The notes beneath the pieces were generated by a model. That model had not been told where the DNA came from. It searched no databases and saw only the letters and a program-made list of their open reading frames with translations. A stretch of DNA of 64,000 nucleotides from Clostridia bacterium (GTDB taxonomy: Bacteria > Bacillota > Clostridia > UMGS1883 > UMGS1540), in assembly GCA_045533905.1 (NCBI GenBank), contig JAZSIR010000013.1:12392-76391 (forward strand). Reading direction: 5' to 3'. Of this stretch, positions 49,871 through 59,995 are shown piece by piece. The position numbers and the translations under genes were made by a program. Position 1 is the stretch's first letter, and the number at the start of each line of letters is the position of its first letter.

Positions 49871-51199
49871 CTACTCCTTGTTTTCCTGCCGCTCGCGGAT
49901 AATAAAGCGAAGCGGCGTGCCTGTAAGACCGAATGTTTCGCGAATGCGGTTTTCGAGATAGCGAATATACGAAAAATGCGCAAGCTCACGGTCATTTACA
50001 AAGAGAATAAAGGTGGGGGGATTAGTGCTCGCCTGCGTAATGTAGTAAATTTTAAGACGCTTGCCCTTGTCAGAGGGCGGCTGCACCTTTTCGGTGGCAT
50101 CTGTTAAAATATCGTTTAAGACGCCGGTCGAAATTCGCATAGAATTTTGCTGGTAAACACTCGTGATAAGCGGAAACAGCTTGTCTACGCGCTGCCCCGT
50201 TTTTGCCGAAATGAAAAGGTTCGGGGCATATGTCATAAAGCTCAAAATGTTATATACACCCGTTTCGAAAACCTTCATGGTTTTCGTTTCTTTTTCGATT
50301 AAATCCCATTTGTTTACGAGAATGATGGAAGCTTTGCCGGCTTCGTGTACATAGCCTGCAATTTTCGCATCCTGTTCGGAAATACCGGCCGCAGCATCAA
50401 TTACAATGACCGCCACATCGCATCTTTCCACAGCCGCAATCGCGCGCATTACGCTGTAGCGTTCCACCGCATCGTCCACGCGGCTGTGGCGGCGCATACC
50501 GGCCGTATCAATCAGCGTAAACTTCTGCCCGTCTTTTTCGAAAAAGCTATCAATCGCATCGCGCGTGGTGCCGGCAATGTCGCTGACAATCATGCGGTTT
50601 TCGCCGAGAATGTGGTTTACAAGCGAGCTTTTACCTGCATTCGGCTTGCCCACAATGGCAACCTTAATCGTATCGTCTTCCTCGTCATCTTCCGCAAGAG
50701 GCGGGAAAAATTCCATCGCCTTTTCAATCACATCGCCCACACCCATGCCGTGGAGAGACGAAACGGGGTACGGGTCGCCAATGCCGAGTGAATAGAATTC
50801 ATATACGCCAACGGGCGTATCCCCCGGCGCATCGCATTTGTTTACTACCAAAATTGTCGGTTTCCCCGATTTTTGGAGCATGGCGGCAATTTCCATGTCG
50901 TTTGCCGTAACCCCTTCGTGGAGATTGGTAATGAAGAGGATTACGTCCGCCGTATCCATAGCCAGCTGTACTTGCAGGCGCATCTCCTGCAAAATCACAT
51001 CTTTTCCGGCAGGCTCAATACCGCCCGTGTCTACAACGGAAAAAGAGCGGCCGAACCACTCCGCGTCCGCATAAATGCGGTCGCGTGTGATGCCGGGCGT
51101 GTCCTCCACAATGGAGAGACGCTTGCCGATAAGTTTGTTAAATAACGTGGATTTTCCCACATTCGGGCGGCCGATAACCGCTATAATCGGTTTTGACAT
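49871..51199 (-). CDS. der: Ribosome biogenesis GTPase Der (EngA)
   Basis: Two G domains GRPNVGKST and GKPNAGKSS plus KH-like C-terminus; start MSKPII. Confidence 0.97.
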   Translation of the reverse strand: MSKPIIAVIGRPNVGKSTLFNKLIGKRLSIVEDTPGITRDRIYADAEWFGRSFSVVDTGGIEPAGKDVILQEMRLQVQLAMDTADVILFITNLHEGVTANDMEIAAMLQKSGKPTILVVNKCDAPGDTPVGVYEFYSLGIGDPYPVSSLHGMGVGDVIEKAMEFFPPLAEDDEEDDTIKVAIVGKPNAGKSSLVNHILGENRMIVSDIAGTTRDAIDSFFEKDGQKFTLIDTAGMRRHSRVDDAVERYSVMRAIAAVERCDVAVIVIDAAAGISEQDAKIAGYVHEAGKASIILVNKWDLIEKETKTMKVFETGVYNILSFMTYAPNLFISAKTGQRVDKLFPLITSVYQQNSMRISTGVLNDILTDATEKVQPPSDKGKRLKIYYITQASTNPPTFILFVNDRELAHFSYIRYLENRIRETFGLTGTPLRFIIRERQENKE

Positions 51200-52506
51200 C
51201 CGTTTTCGTCCTTTCTGAGTGCATTCCATAAATCTCTGCCGCCGCATTCTACCGAAAAGATGGGCGTGCCAAGCTTTTCGGAAAGCGCGGGAACAGTCAT
51301 ATCATCTAAAAATACATCCGTGCCGCTTCGAAGCATAGAGGAGGGAATATAGGCGGCAGCGCCAAGATTTTTTCCTTCGAGCTGCGCTACGATATCCTGC
51401 CCTGTGATAAGACCTGCCACCGTAATTTTCTCCCCGAAAAATCGGTTTTCTATTTGGTGCACGTCAATGGTAAGCGCAGGGCTTTTTTCCATAGCCGCGT
51501 CTGCGAGCTTTAAAAGAAGCGGATAGGCGGCAACGCCCGTGATAATAGAAACATGCCGCGCGTCTGCCACCGGATTTTCGGAAAGCGCTTCCATAAATTC
51601 ATCTTCAAGGCTTCGAAGAAGACCTACGCCGTTTTCAATCTGCGCGTAGCCTTCGTATTCTGCATCCGGCGGCACGTTTCTACCGGCGAGAAGATAAAAT
51701 TCGTCCGCCGCATAGATAAAACGTGTGCCGATTTCCGAAAGAAGCTTTTCCTGCCAGGCGGAAACCTTTTCCAAAACGGCCGTGGCACTTTCTTTTGTAA
51801 AAGGTGTAAGCTGTGGAAGGTGGTCGCGAAATTTCGTAATTCCGACGGGCACTACGGAAACACTTGTCATATAGGGCGAGAGCGCCGCGAGATCCGAAAT
51901 CGTTTTGTCAAGCGCCGCGCCGTCATTGACGCCCGGCACGAGCACAATCTGCCCGTTCATATGAATTCGTCCTTCGTACAATGTTTTAAGATGCCGAAGC
52001 GCACGCCCTGCATGGCGGTTCTTTAGCATTTTGCAGCGAAGGTCCGGGTCTGTGGTATGTACGGAAATATTGATAGGCTCAAGCCGCATACGAATAACTT
52101 TCTCAATATCGGCATCGCGCACATTCGTAAGCGTTATATAGTTCCCTGTCAAAAAGGAAAGGCGTGCATCGTCATCTTTAAAATAGAGCGTGTCACGAAG
52201 TCCTTTCGGCAGCTGGTCAATAAAACAGAAAATACATTTATTCGAGCATCTTTTGGCATTGCCAAAAAGCGCACTTTCGAAGGAGATGCCCATATCCGCG
52301 GCTTCCGGCTCTTCAATCGTGATGATTTCGCGGCTGCCGTCCGCCTTTAAAACGGAGAGCGTTACTTCATCCGAGAGCGCATAGAAGCGAAAATCAAGTT
52401 CATCCTCCGGCACATGCCCGTTTACTTTTTCAATATAGTCCCCCGGCATAATGCCCGCGGCTTCCGCATCGGAGCCGGGCAAAACCGAAAATACTTTCGC
52501 CTTCAT
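51181..52506 (-). CDS. PDZ + radical-SAM-like DUF512 protein (TIGR03279-like)
   Basis: N-terminal PDZ-like, [25 protein letters not shown]. Confidence 0.9.
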   Translation of the reverse strand: MKAKVFSVLPGSDAEAAGIMPGDYIEKVNGHVPEDELDFRFYALSDEVTLSVLKADGSREIITIEEPEAADMGISFESALFGNAKRCSNKCIFCFIDQLPKGLRDTLYFKDDDARLSFLTGNYITLTNVRDADIEKVIRMRLEPINISVHTTDPDLRCKMLKNRHAGRALRHLKTLYEGRIHMNGQIVLVPGVNDGAALDKTISDLAALSPYMTSVSVVPVGITKFRDHLPQLTPFTKESATAVLEKVSAWQEKLLSEIGTRFIYAADEFYLLAGRNVPPDAEYEGYAQIENGVGLLRSLEDEFMEALSENPVADARHVSIITGVAAYPLLLKLADAAMEKSPALTIDVHQIENRFFGEKITVAGLITGQDIVAQLEGKNLGAAAYIPSSMLRSGTDVFLDDMTVPALSEKLGTPIFSVECGGRDLWNALRKDENGCQNRL

Positions 52507-52955
52507 CGTGCCTGCTCCTTTATCGCTCTGTCCATATTCCGCGTCGCGTCGCGTATGGCTGCGGATTCGCGTTTGTCGTAGAGTTTTTTACCCTTGCAAA
52601 GACCAAGCGTCATCTTCACGTTCGAGCCGCTCCAATGCAGGTCGAGCGGAATGAGCGAATAGCCTTCGCGCATAACCTCGCTGTGGAGGCGGCGAATTTC
52701 GCCGCGGTGGAGAAGAAGCTTGCGGTCACGAAGAGGGTCTTTGTTAAAAATATTGCCCTGCTCATAAGGGCTTATGTGCATACCGAGCACAAATACCTCA
52801 CCGTCGCGCACGGTGGCATAGGAGTCCTTTAAGGAAACACCGCCGCCGCGAATGGATTTCACTTCCGTTCCGGACAGGGAGATGCCGGCTTCGTATGTTT
52901 CTTCTACGAAATAATCATGCCTTGCTTTTTTGTTTTGTGCGATGATTTTCTCCAT
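52503..52955 (-). CDS. smpB: SsrA-binding protein
   Basis: [31 protein letters not shown]. Confidence 0.98.
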   Translation of the reverse strand: MEKIIAQNKKARHDYFVEETYEAGISLSGTEVKSIRGGGVSLKDSYATVRDGEVFVLGMHISPYEQGNIFNKDPLRDRKLLLHRGEIRRLHSEVMREGYSLIPLDLHWSGSNVKMTLGLCKGKKLYDKRESAAIRDATRNMDRAIKEQAR

Positions 52956-54627
52956 CTTCCGTGTCCTCCTTCAGTATAAAATCAATGCGGGAAAGGGCAC
53001 TGTCTACCCGTGCAAGCTGCACAGTGACCGCCTCGCCCAGGCGGTACGATATCCCGCTTCGTTTCCCCGTAAGAGAAAGCGTTTTTTCATCATACATATA
53101 ATAATCATCCTGAAGATCCCGTACATGCACAAGACCTTCCGCAAGGTTTGGAAGCGTTACGAAAAAGCCGAAATCGAGAACCGAAGAAATTACGGCTTCA
53201 AAGGTTTCGCCCACAAAATTTTCCATATGGCGGCAGATAAGATACCGCACAGCCTCGCGTTCCGCTTCCACAGCTGCTTCCTCACGCTCCGAGGAAAAGG
53301 CGGCGACGCGCTGTGCTTTCGCCAAAAGCGATGCGGGGTTTTTGCCCTCTAAAATCATTTTGACCACACGGTGGCAGAAAAGATCGGGATACCGTCTTAT
53401 GGGAGACGTAAAGTGACAGTAGTGTGAAAGGGCAAGCCCGAAATGCCCTGTATTCTCATGGCTGTAGCGCGCTTTCATCATAGCGCGGAGAAGAAGCATT
53501 TTGACGACGTATTCGCGGTCGTTTCCCGCTTCATTTTCTAAAAGTGCCGCGGCCTTCTGCCCTGAAAACTTTCCCGGAAGGGAAAGGGATAGCGAGGCGA
53601 GCGCCACAGTAAGATTTTCAAGTTTTTCTTCGTCCGGTGCTTCGTGCACGCGGTATATAAAAGGTGCGCCGAGGTGGAAAACATATTCCGCAATCACGCG
53701 GTTGCAAAGAACCATCGCATTTTCAATCATTTTGGCGGCGCGGCCTTCCTCACGTTTGGTAAGTCCCGTAACCCTGCCGTGCGCATCAAGCATTACCTCG
53801 ACCTCGGGAAGGTCAAAATCAATGGCCCCCTTCTCGTGCCTTTTGGCGGAGAGAGAAGCGGAAAGCGCATCTAAAAGCTCGAGCGCAGGAAAAACTTCGG
53901 CAAATTCTCGGGGCGCGTGGCCTTCGTCGAGCCAAGCGGATACATTTTCATAGATAAGTCTATAGTCTGAGCGAATGACGGCTTCATACACTTCAAAGGA
54001 TAAAAGTTTCCCCGTTTTATCAAGGCACATCTCCGTTGTAAGCGTCAGTCTGTCTACCCCGGGGTTTAAGCTGCAAATGCCGTTTGAAAGCGTTTTCGGG
54101 AGCATCGGCACCACGCGCGCGGGCAGATAACAGCTTGTGCCGCGGGCGTACGCTTCGCGGTCGATGGCAGAGCCGCGCTTTACATAGTGCGCTACATCTG
54201 CAATGTGTACAAAAAGGCGATATCCTGCGTCTTGTTCCAAAATGGAAATAGCGTCATCAAAATCGCGGGCATCGGCGCCGTCAATCGTAAAGGTTAAAAG
54301 GGAACGTAAATCCCGCCGCCCTTCAATGCTTGTGACGGCGATGGGCACTCTGTCCGCCGCGGCCGCAGCCTCGGGCGGGAACGAGGCAGGAAACCCGTGG
54401 GCAAGAAGGATGGCAGAGAGAACTGCCTCGGTGGAGGCGGGCTTTTTCGCAGCGTATCTGCCGCGGTGGCAGGTAATCTCGCCCGTCAGTGTCAGTTCTT
54501 CCAGAATCAGCCGAAGTTCTGCCTCATCACGCTTTGGTACGGAGAGGAGCATAGCGATCTCCGGCGCGGAAAGCGGCACCGCGGCCTGTTCCTTCAAAAA
54601 TGCAAAAACCTTTTCCTTCCTGTTCAA
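52915..54627 (-). CDS. rnr: RNase R-family exoribonuclease (short form, ~570 aa)
   Basis: TTG start after AGGAGG; [36 protein letters not shown]; C-terminal S1; secG-rnr-smpB synteny. Confidence 0.9.
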   Translation of the reverse strand: MNRKEKVFAFLKEQAAVPLSAPEIAMLLSVPKRDEAELRLILEELTLTGEITCHRGRYAAKKPASTEAVLSAILLAHGFPASFPPEAAAAADRVPIAVTSIEGRRDLRSLLTFTIDGADARDFDDAISILEQDAGYRLFVHIADVAHYVKRGSAIDREAYARGTSCYLPARVVPMLPKTLSNGICSLNPGVDRLTLTTEMCLDKTGKLLSFEVYEAVIRSDYRLIYENVSAWLDEGHAPREFAEVFPALELLDALSASLSAKRHEKGAIDFDLPEVEVMLDAHGRVTGLTKREEGRAAKMIENAMVLCNRVIAEYVFHLGAPFIYRVHEAPDEEKLENLTVALASLSLSLPGKFSGQKAAALLENEAGNDREYVVKMLLLRAMMKARYSHENTGHFGLALSHYCHFTSPIRRYPDLFCHRVVKMILEGKNPASLLAKAQRVAAFSSEREEAAVEAEREAVRYLICRHMENFVGETFEAVISSVLDFGFFVTLPNLAEGLVHVRDLQDDYYMYDEKTLSLTGKRSGISYRLGEAVTVQLARVDSALSRIDFILKEDTEDGENHRTKQKSKA

Positions 54628-54728
54628 AGGGAACCTCCTGAAATTACAGAGGCTGCCGCAAAGGCTACAGAATGCATAACACTCTGCATAAAATGCGACA
54701 GCCCGAGTCTTCTTTGTTTGCGAAGCAC

Positions 54729-54965
54729 TTATTTGAATGCGACTGCAAGCACAACAGAGAGAATGATGAACAATACAGCCAGAATTGCGGTCCATTTTTC
54801 CAGGATACCGTTCAGCGTTCTGCCCTGGTTCTTACCGAAGAAGCTGTCGGAATTTCCGCCGGCGATTGTGCCGGAAAGGCCTGCGTCTTTACCGTTTTGC
54901 AGAAGAACTACCACAGTAAGACATACCGCAACGACTATATGTATAATCGTAAATGCCATTTTCAT
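54729..54965 (-). CDS. secG: Preprotein translocase subunit SecG
   Basis: Two TMs, VLLQ..K.AGLSGTIAGG; upstream of rnr; GGAGG SD. Confidence 0.93.
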   Translation of the reverse strand: MKMAFTIIHIVVAVCLTVVVLLQNGKDAGLSGTIAGGNSDSFFGKNQGRTLNGILEKWTAILAVLFIILSVVLAVAFK

Positions 54966-55181
54966 AGCGTGCACCTCCCTAAATATTTCATATACAGTAG
55001 TCTACCACATTTTTGCGGATTTTACAAGTTTTTTTCTAAAATTTATGATAATTTTCTAAAAAAGAAGAAGGGTGCAGGTAAAAAACGAAAAACTATTGAA
55101 ACGAAAGCAGCTTTCCTATATAATAAGAAAAGAATAAAATGCGCGTTTTAGAATAGGCGCGCTGAAACTGTGGGGTACGGA

Positions 55182-57722
55182 ATGAAACGGTTGGTAGTCG
55201 GAATTTTAGCGCACGTGGATGCGGGGAAAACCACGCTTTCGGAAGGGCTTTTGTATACGGTGGGCGCCATCCGCAGTCTCGGGCGTGTGGATCACAAAAA
55301 CGCCTTTTTAGATACGGACAGCCTGGAACGCGCCCGCGGCATTACTATTTTTTCAAAGCAGGCGGTGTTATCGACGGATGCGGAGGAAATTACACTTCTC
55401 GATACGCCCGGCCATGTCGATTTTTCCGCGGAGATGGAGCGAAGCCTCCGCGTTTTAGACTATGCCATTTTGGTGATAAGCGGGGCGGAGGGTGTGCAGA
55501 GCCACACGGAAACGCTATGGAAAATGCTGGGGCACTACAATGTACCTACCTTTGTTTTTGTAAATAAAATGGACATTGCCTCTTCCTCCGAAGAAGCCGT
55601 TATGGCGGAAATCAACGAAAGGCTTTCGCCCGCCGCTGTCCCATTTGGCAAGGAAAACGAAGCTTTTTTTGAAAATGTGGCGATGCAGTCAGCCCCTCTT
55701 TTGGAGACGTTTCTGGAAAACGGCAGTATTCCCGATACGGCTATTGCCGCCGCGGTAGCTGCGCGCGAGGTTTTCCCTGTCTGGTTCGGGTCGGCGCTTA
55801 AAAATGAAGGCGTCCGCGAATTTTTCGAGGGCGTATGCAGCTTTACCGAGGAGAAAGTATATCCTGCCGAATTTGGTGCCAAGGTGTTCAAAATTGCGGA
55901 GGATGAAAAAGGCGGTCGCCTCACCTATATGAAAATCACGGGCGGCAGTCTCCCGGTCAGAACTGTTTTGGAAGGGGAAAACTGGAAGAGCAAGGTCAGC
56001 GAACTCCGCATATACTCGGGCGCAAAGTTTTTGCGGGTGCAGGAAGCCGCCGCAGGAAGCATCTGTGCCATTCCCGGCCTTCCCGGCACATTCCCGGGCG
56101 AGGGCCTCGGTACAGAGGAATCGGATCCTGCGCTTTTATCCGAACCCGTCCTAACCTATGCCGTAGAGCTTCGGGAAGGAACCGATGTCCTTTCCGCACT
56201 CGCCATTTTCCGAAAGCTCGCCGAAGAAGAGACGAGGATGTATGTCCTATGGAATCCGCTCCTTCAAAAAATTGACATACAGGTTATGGGCGAGGTGCAG
56301 CTCGAGGTATTAAAATCGATTTTGGAAATGCGGTTTGGCCTTTTGGTGGAATTTACAAACGGCAGCATTATATATAAAGAAACTATCAAAAATACAGTGG
56401 AGGGTGTCGGGCATTTTGAACCGCTTCGGCACTATGCCGAGGTGCACCTTCTGCTCGAGGCGGGAAAACGCGGTTCGGGCCTTACCTTTGCATCCGATTG
56501 CAGCGAGGATTTTCTCGCCAAAAACTGGCAGAGGCTCATTTTAACGCATCTTGCGGAAAAAACACACGTCGGCGTTCTGACAGGCTCGCCCATAACAGAT
56601 ATGAAAATTACTCTCGTTTCGGGCCGTGCGCATAATAAGCACACCGAGGGCGGCGATTTCCGCGAAGCCACCTACCGTGCCGTGCGGCAGGGGCTTATGC
56701 AGGCAGAAAGCGAGCTTTTGGAACCGTGGTATGCATTTGTGCTCGAAGTGCCGCGGGATGCACTCGGCCGCGCGCTGACGGAGCTTGAGATGATGGGCGC
56801 AGAGCTTCGGGCGCCTGAGGTGGGCGAGGAGAAAAGCGTGGTCCGTGGCCGCGCTCCTGTTTCCAAAATGCGCGAATATCACGCGAAGGTGCTCGAATAT
56901 ACGCGCGGTCGTGGACGCCTTTCCTGCACATTCGCAGGGTATGACACATGCCCGGAAGCACCCCGGGTTATAGAAGAAATCGGCTACCGGGCAGATGCGG
57001 ATACGGCAAACAGCGCGGATTCCGTCTTTTGCTCGCACGGCGCAGGGTACCTTGTGCCGTGGAACGAGGTGTTTTCGCATATGCATATTGAAAGCATTGC
57101 AAAGCAGAAAGAGGAAGAGGCAAAGGCGGCAGCCCCCGTCCGCCGACCGCGCGCCGCGGCGGATGATGAAACACTTCTCGCTATTTATGAGCGCACCTAC
57201 GGCAAGGTGCAAAGAAGAATGCCCGATGTCCTTCGCACGCCCAAAAAACCGGAAGCGACCTATAAAGGGAAAGAGAGGCCTATGGGACCCGAATATCTTC
57301 TGGTGGATGGCTACAATATTATTTTCGCGTGGGAGTCGCTTTCTGAAATTGCAAAAGAGAACCTTGAGATCGCGCGGGCACATATAATCGAGCGCCTTTG
57401 TAACTATCAGGCAATGCGGAAAAATAATGTCATCGTGGTGTTTGATGCGTATCGCGTGCGCGGCGCGGTGCGCGAAGTTGAGAAGGTGCACGGCATCAGC
57501 GTTGTATATACAAAGGAAGCGGAAACGGCGGATGCCTATATCGAAAAAACCACACGTGAGCTTGTGAAGCACTACCGCGTGCGCGTGGCCACTTCCGACA
57601 GACTTGAGCAGATTATTGTGTTTGGGCAGGGCACGGAAAGAGTGAGTGCATCCGAGTTTTTGGATGAGGTTTTACGGGCTGAAGAAGAGATGCGCGCATT
57701 CATTAATGCATATAATGCATAA
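55182..57722 (+). CDS. TetM/EF-G-like translational GTPase fused to C-terminal YacP/Rae1-type NYN ribonuclease
   Basis: AHVDAGKTT, ERARGITI, DTPGH, NKMD, EF-G-like domains II-V; LLVDGYNII, VVFDA, ETADAYIE, VATSD NYN motifs. Confidence 0.88.
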   Translation: MKRLVVGILAHVDAGKTTLSEGLLYTVGAIRSLGRVDHKNAFLDTDSLERARGITIFSKQAVLSTDAEEITLLDTPGHVDFSAEMERSLRVLDYAILVISGAEGVQSHTETLWKMLGHYNVPTFVFVNKMDIASSSEEAVMAEINERLSPAAVPFGKENEAFFENVAMQSAPLLETFLENGSIPDTAIAAAVAAREVFPVWFGSALKNEGVREFFEGVCSFTEEKVYPAEFGAKVFKIAEDEKGGRLTYMKITGGSLPVRTVLEGENWKSKVSELRIYSGAKFLRVQEAAAGSICAIPGLPGTFPGEGLGTEESDPALLSEPVLTYAVELREGTDVLSALAIFRKLAEEETRMYVLWNPLLQKIDIQVMGEVQLEVLKSILEMRFGLLVEFTNGSIIYKETIKNTVEGVGHFEPLRHYAEVHLLLEAGKRGSGLTFASDCSEDFLAKNWQRLILTHLAEKTHVGVLTGSPITDMKITLVSGRAHNKHTEGGDFREATYRAVRQGLMQAESELLEPWYAFVLEVPRDALGRALTELEMMGAELRAPEVGEEKSVVRGRAPVSKMREYHAKVLEYTRGRGRLSCTFAGYDTCPEAPRVIEEIGYRADADTANSADSVFCSHGAGYLVPWNEVFSHMHIESIAKQKEEEAKAAAPVRRPRAAADDETLLAIYERTYGKVQRRMPDVLRTPKKPEATYKGKERPMGPEYLLVDGYNIIFAWESLSEIAKENLEIARAHIIERLCNYQAMRKNNVIVVFDAYRVRGAVREVEKVHGISVVYTKEAETADAYIEKTTRELVKHYRVRVATSDRLEQIIVFGQGTERVSASEFLDEVLRAEEEMRAFINAYNA

Positions 57723-57816
57723 AAATTTATAAAAAATGAATAAATATTCTCAAAAAACGCTTGACAATCGCGAAAAAAACGTTTATAATATGCAAGTGGC
57801 TTGAAAATTATGCATT
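57714..57816 (+). promoter_or_regulatory. arg operon promoter with ARG boxes (ArgR/AhrC operators)
   Basis: Tandem 18-mers AATGCATAAAAATTTATA (57714-57731) and AATGAATAAATATTCTCA (57735-57752), 3 bp apart; TTGACA-N17-TATAAT 57761-57789; third box at 57799-57816. Confidence 0.78.
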
Positions 57817-57831
57817 GAAAGGACCTTTTGC

Positions 57832-58764
57832 ATGGCAAAAATATTTATTGACGGCAGCGCCGGAACAACGGGCCTGCGTATTTATGAAAGACTGGAAAAA
57901 AGAGAGGACATCACGCTTTTGCGCCTTCCGGAGGAACTCCGTAAAGATACAGAGGCACGCCGCGAGGCAGTAAACAGCGCCGATATCGTATTTTTATGCC
58001 TTCCGGATGCGGCGGCGATAGAGTCCGTATCGCTTCTTGAAAACCCCGAAACCGTGGTGATTGATACATCCACGGCCCACCGCACAAATGTGAATTGGGC
58101 ATATGGATTTCCGGAGCTTTCGGGAAAAAGAGAAAAAATAAAAAATGCAAAGCGCATTGCAAACCCCGGTTGCCATGCCAGCGGCTTTATCGCACTCGTC
58201 GAGCCGCTTGTCCGCGCAAAGGTGATAAAGCCGGATACATTTTTATCCTGCTTTTCGCTTACGGGATATTCCGGCGGCGGCAAGAAAATGATTGCCGAAT
58301 ATGAAGACGCGAATCGTTCGCCCCTCCTTTCCGCACCCAGACAGTACGGGCTTACCCAGTCGCATAAGCACCTTCCCGAAATGGCGGCGGTATGCGGGCT
58401 TTTGGAAGTGCCCACCTTCTGCCCGATTGTAGGGGATTTTTACAGCGGCATGGAAGTTACAGTGCCGCTTCACAAAAAAGATTTCTGCGGCACACTTTCC
58501 GATATCCACGCCGTGTATAAAGAAGCCTACCGCGAAGGTCTGGTACATTTCAAAGAAGAAACGGAAGAAGGCGGCTTCTTATCCGCTGCGGCATATTCGG
58601 GGCGTGACGATATGGAAATCACGGCACTCGGCAACGAAGAAAGAATAGTGCTTACAGCAAGATTTGATAATCTCGGCAAAGGCGCTTCGGGCGCGGCCAT
58701 TCAGAATATGAACATCGTGCTCGGCGTGGCTGAGGACACGGGTCTTACGGGAAAAGGAGAATGA
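57832..58764 (+). CDS. argC: N-acetyl-gamma-glutamyl-phosphate reductase (short, type 2 form)
   Basis: IFIDGSAGTTGL, IANPGC, GYSGGGK, DNLGKGASGAA. Confidence 0.95.
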   Translation: MAKIFIDGSAGTTGLRIYERLEKREDITLLRLPEELRKDTEARREAVNSADIVFLCLPDAAAIESVSLLENPETVVIDTSTAHRTNVNWAYGFPELSGKREKIKNAKRIANPGCHASGFIALVEPLVRAKVIKPDTFLSCFSLTGYSGGGKKMIAEYEDANRSPLLSAPRQYGLTQSHKHLPEMAAVCGLLEVPTFCPIVGDFYSGMEVTVPLHKKDFCGTLSDIHAVYKEAYREGLVHFKEETEEGGFLSAAAYSGRDDMEITALGNEERIVLTARFDNLGKGASGAAIQNMNIVLGVAEDTGLTGKGE

Positions 58765-59981
58765 ATATGCACATCATAGAAGGCGGCGTTTGTGCCGCAA
58801 AAGGATTTTTAGCGAACGGGCTTCATTGCGGCATCCGCAAAAACAGAACAAAGAGAGATTTGGCACTTATCTACAGTAAGGTACCCTGCACGGCCGCGGC
58901 GGTGTATACGCAAAACCTCGTGAAAGGTGCTCCTCTCATTGTCACTAAAAATCATATCGCCGACGGGGTTGCTCAGGCTGTGATTTGCAACAGCGGTAAC
59001 GCCAACACCTGTAATGCCGATGGTATCGAAATTGCAGAAAAGATGAGCGAAGCTGTAGCTTCCGCCCTTTCCATTCCTCGAGATAGCGTTGTGGTAGCCT
59101 CCACGGGCGTTATCGGCCAGCCGCTGCCGCTCCAGCCGATTGTATCGGCCATTCCCGCGCTTTCCGAAGGGCTTTCGGAAGAGGGCAGCGTTTTCGCAAG
59201 CGAAGCGATTATGACGACAGATACAATTTTAAAAGAAATCGCCGTGGAATTTGAAATCGGCGGCAAGGTATGCAGGATGGGCGGCATCGCAAAGGGTAGC
59301 GGTATGATTCATCCGAATATGGCTACGATGCTTGTCTTTATCACCACAGACGCTGCTATTTCGAAGGAAATGCTCCAGAAAGCACTTTCTTCGGATATTC
59401 AGGAAACGTTCAATATGCTGAGTATTGACGGCGATACCTCTACAAACGATATGGTAACGGTTCTCGCAAACGGCCTTGCAGAAAATCCGGAAATCACGGA
59501 AGAGGGCGAAGACTTTAAGGCCTTTATGAAAGCACTCAACACCGTAACCGTGCACCTTTGCCGTATGATGGCGGGGGACGGCGAGGGTGCAACGAAGCTT
59601 CTCGAATGTAAAACAAGCGGCGCGCGCGACATTGCCACCGCGAAAACCGTTGCAAAGAGCGTTATCTGCTCAAGCCTTCTGAAGGCAGCAATGTTTGGCG
59701 CCGATGCCAACTGGGGGCGTGTACTTTGTGCCATCGGTTATAGCGGCGCAGATGTAGATGTTTCCCGTGTGGATGTATCCTTCCGCTCGAAAAAGGGTGA
59801 GGTTGCCGTTTGCAAGAATGGCGCCGGCATCGAATTTTCCGAAGAGCTTGCAAAGGAAATCCTCCTCCAGAAAGAAATCGAAATTTTAGTCTCCCTCGGC
59901 GATGGCGAATTTAGTGCCACTGCGTGGGGCTGTGACCTTACATATGACTACGTGAAAATCAACGGCGATTACAGAACCTGA
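58761..59981 (+). CDS. argJ: Bifunctional ornithine acetyltransferase / N-acetylglutamate synthase
   Basis: NSGNAN, ASTGVIG, KGSGMIHPNMATML, DGDTSTND, DGEGATK. Confidence 0.97.
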   Translation: MNMHIIEGGVCAAKGFLANGLHCGIRKNRTKRDLALIYSKVPCTAAAVYTQNLVKGAPLIVTKNHIADGVAQAVICNSGNANTCNADGIEIAEKMSEAVASALSIPRDSVVVASTGVIGQPLPLQPIVSAIPALSEGLSEEGSVFASEAIMTTDTILKEIAVEFEIGGKVCRMGGIAKGSGMIHPNMATMLVFITTDAAISKEMLQKALSSDIQETFNMLSIDGDTSTNDMVTVLANGLAENPEITEEGEDFKAFMKALNTVTVHLCRMMAGDGEGATKLLECKTSGARDIATAKTVAKSVICSSLLKAAMFGADANWGRVLCAIGYSGADVDVSRVDVSFRSKKGEVAVCKNGAGIEFSEELAKEILLQKEIEILVSLGDGEFSATAWGCDLTYDYVKINGDYRT

Positions 59982-59995
59982 TAAGGAGATAGAAA

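Noticed and set aside
54628-54795. Cys-rich N-terminal extension of RNase R
   Set aside because: Overlaps secG; the SD-supported TTG start is at 54627.
55182-57722. Call as a tet(M)/tet(W) resistance gene
   Set aside because: Carries an extra NYN domain, has host-like composition, and shows no leader peptide or mobile-element context.
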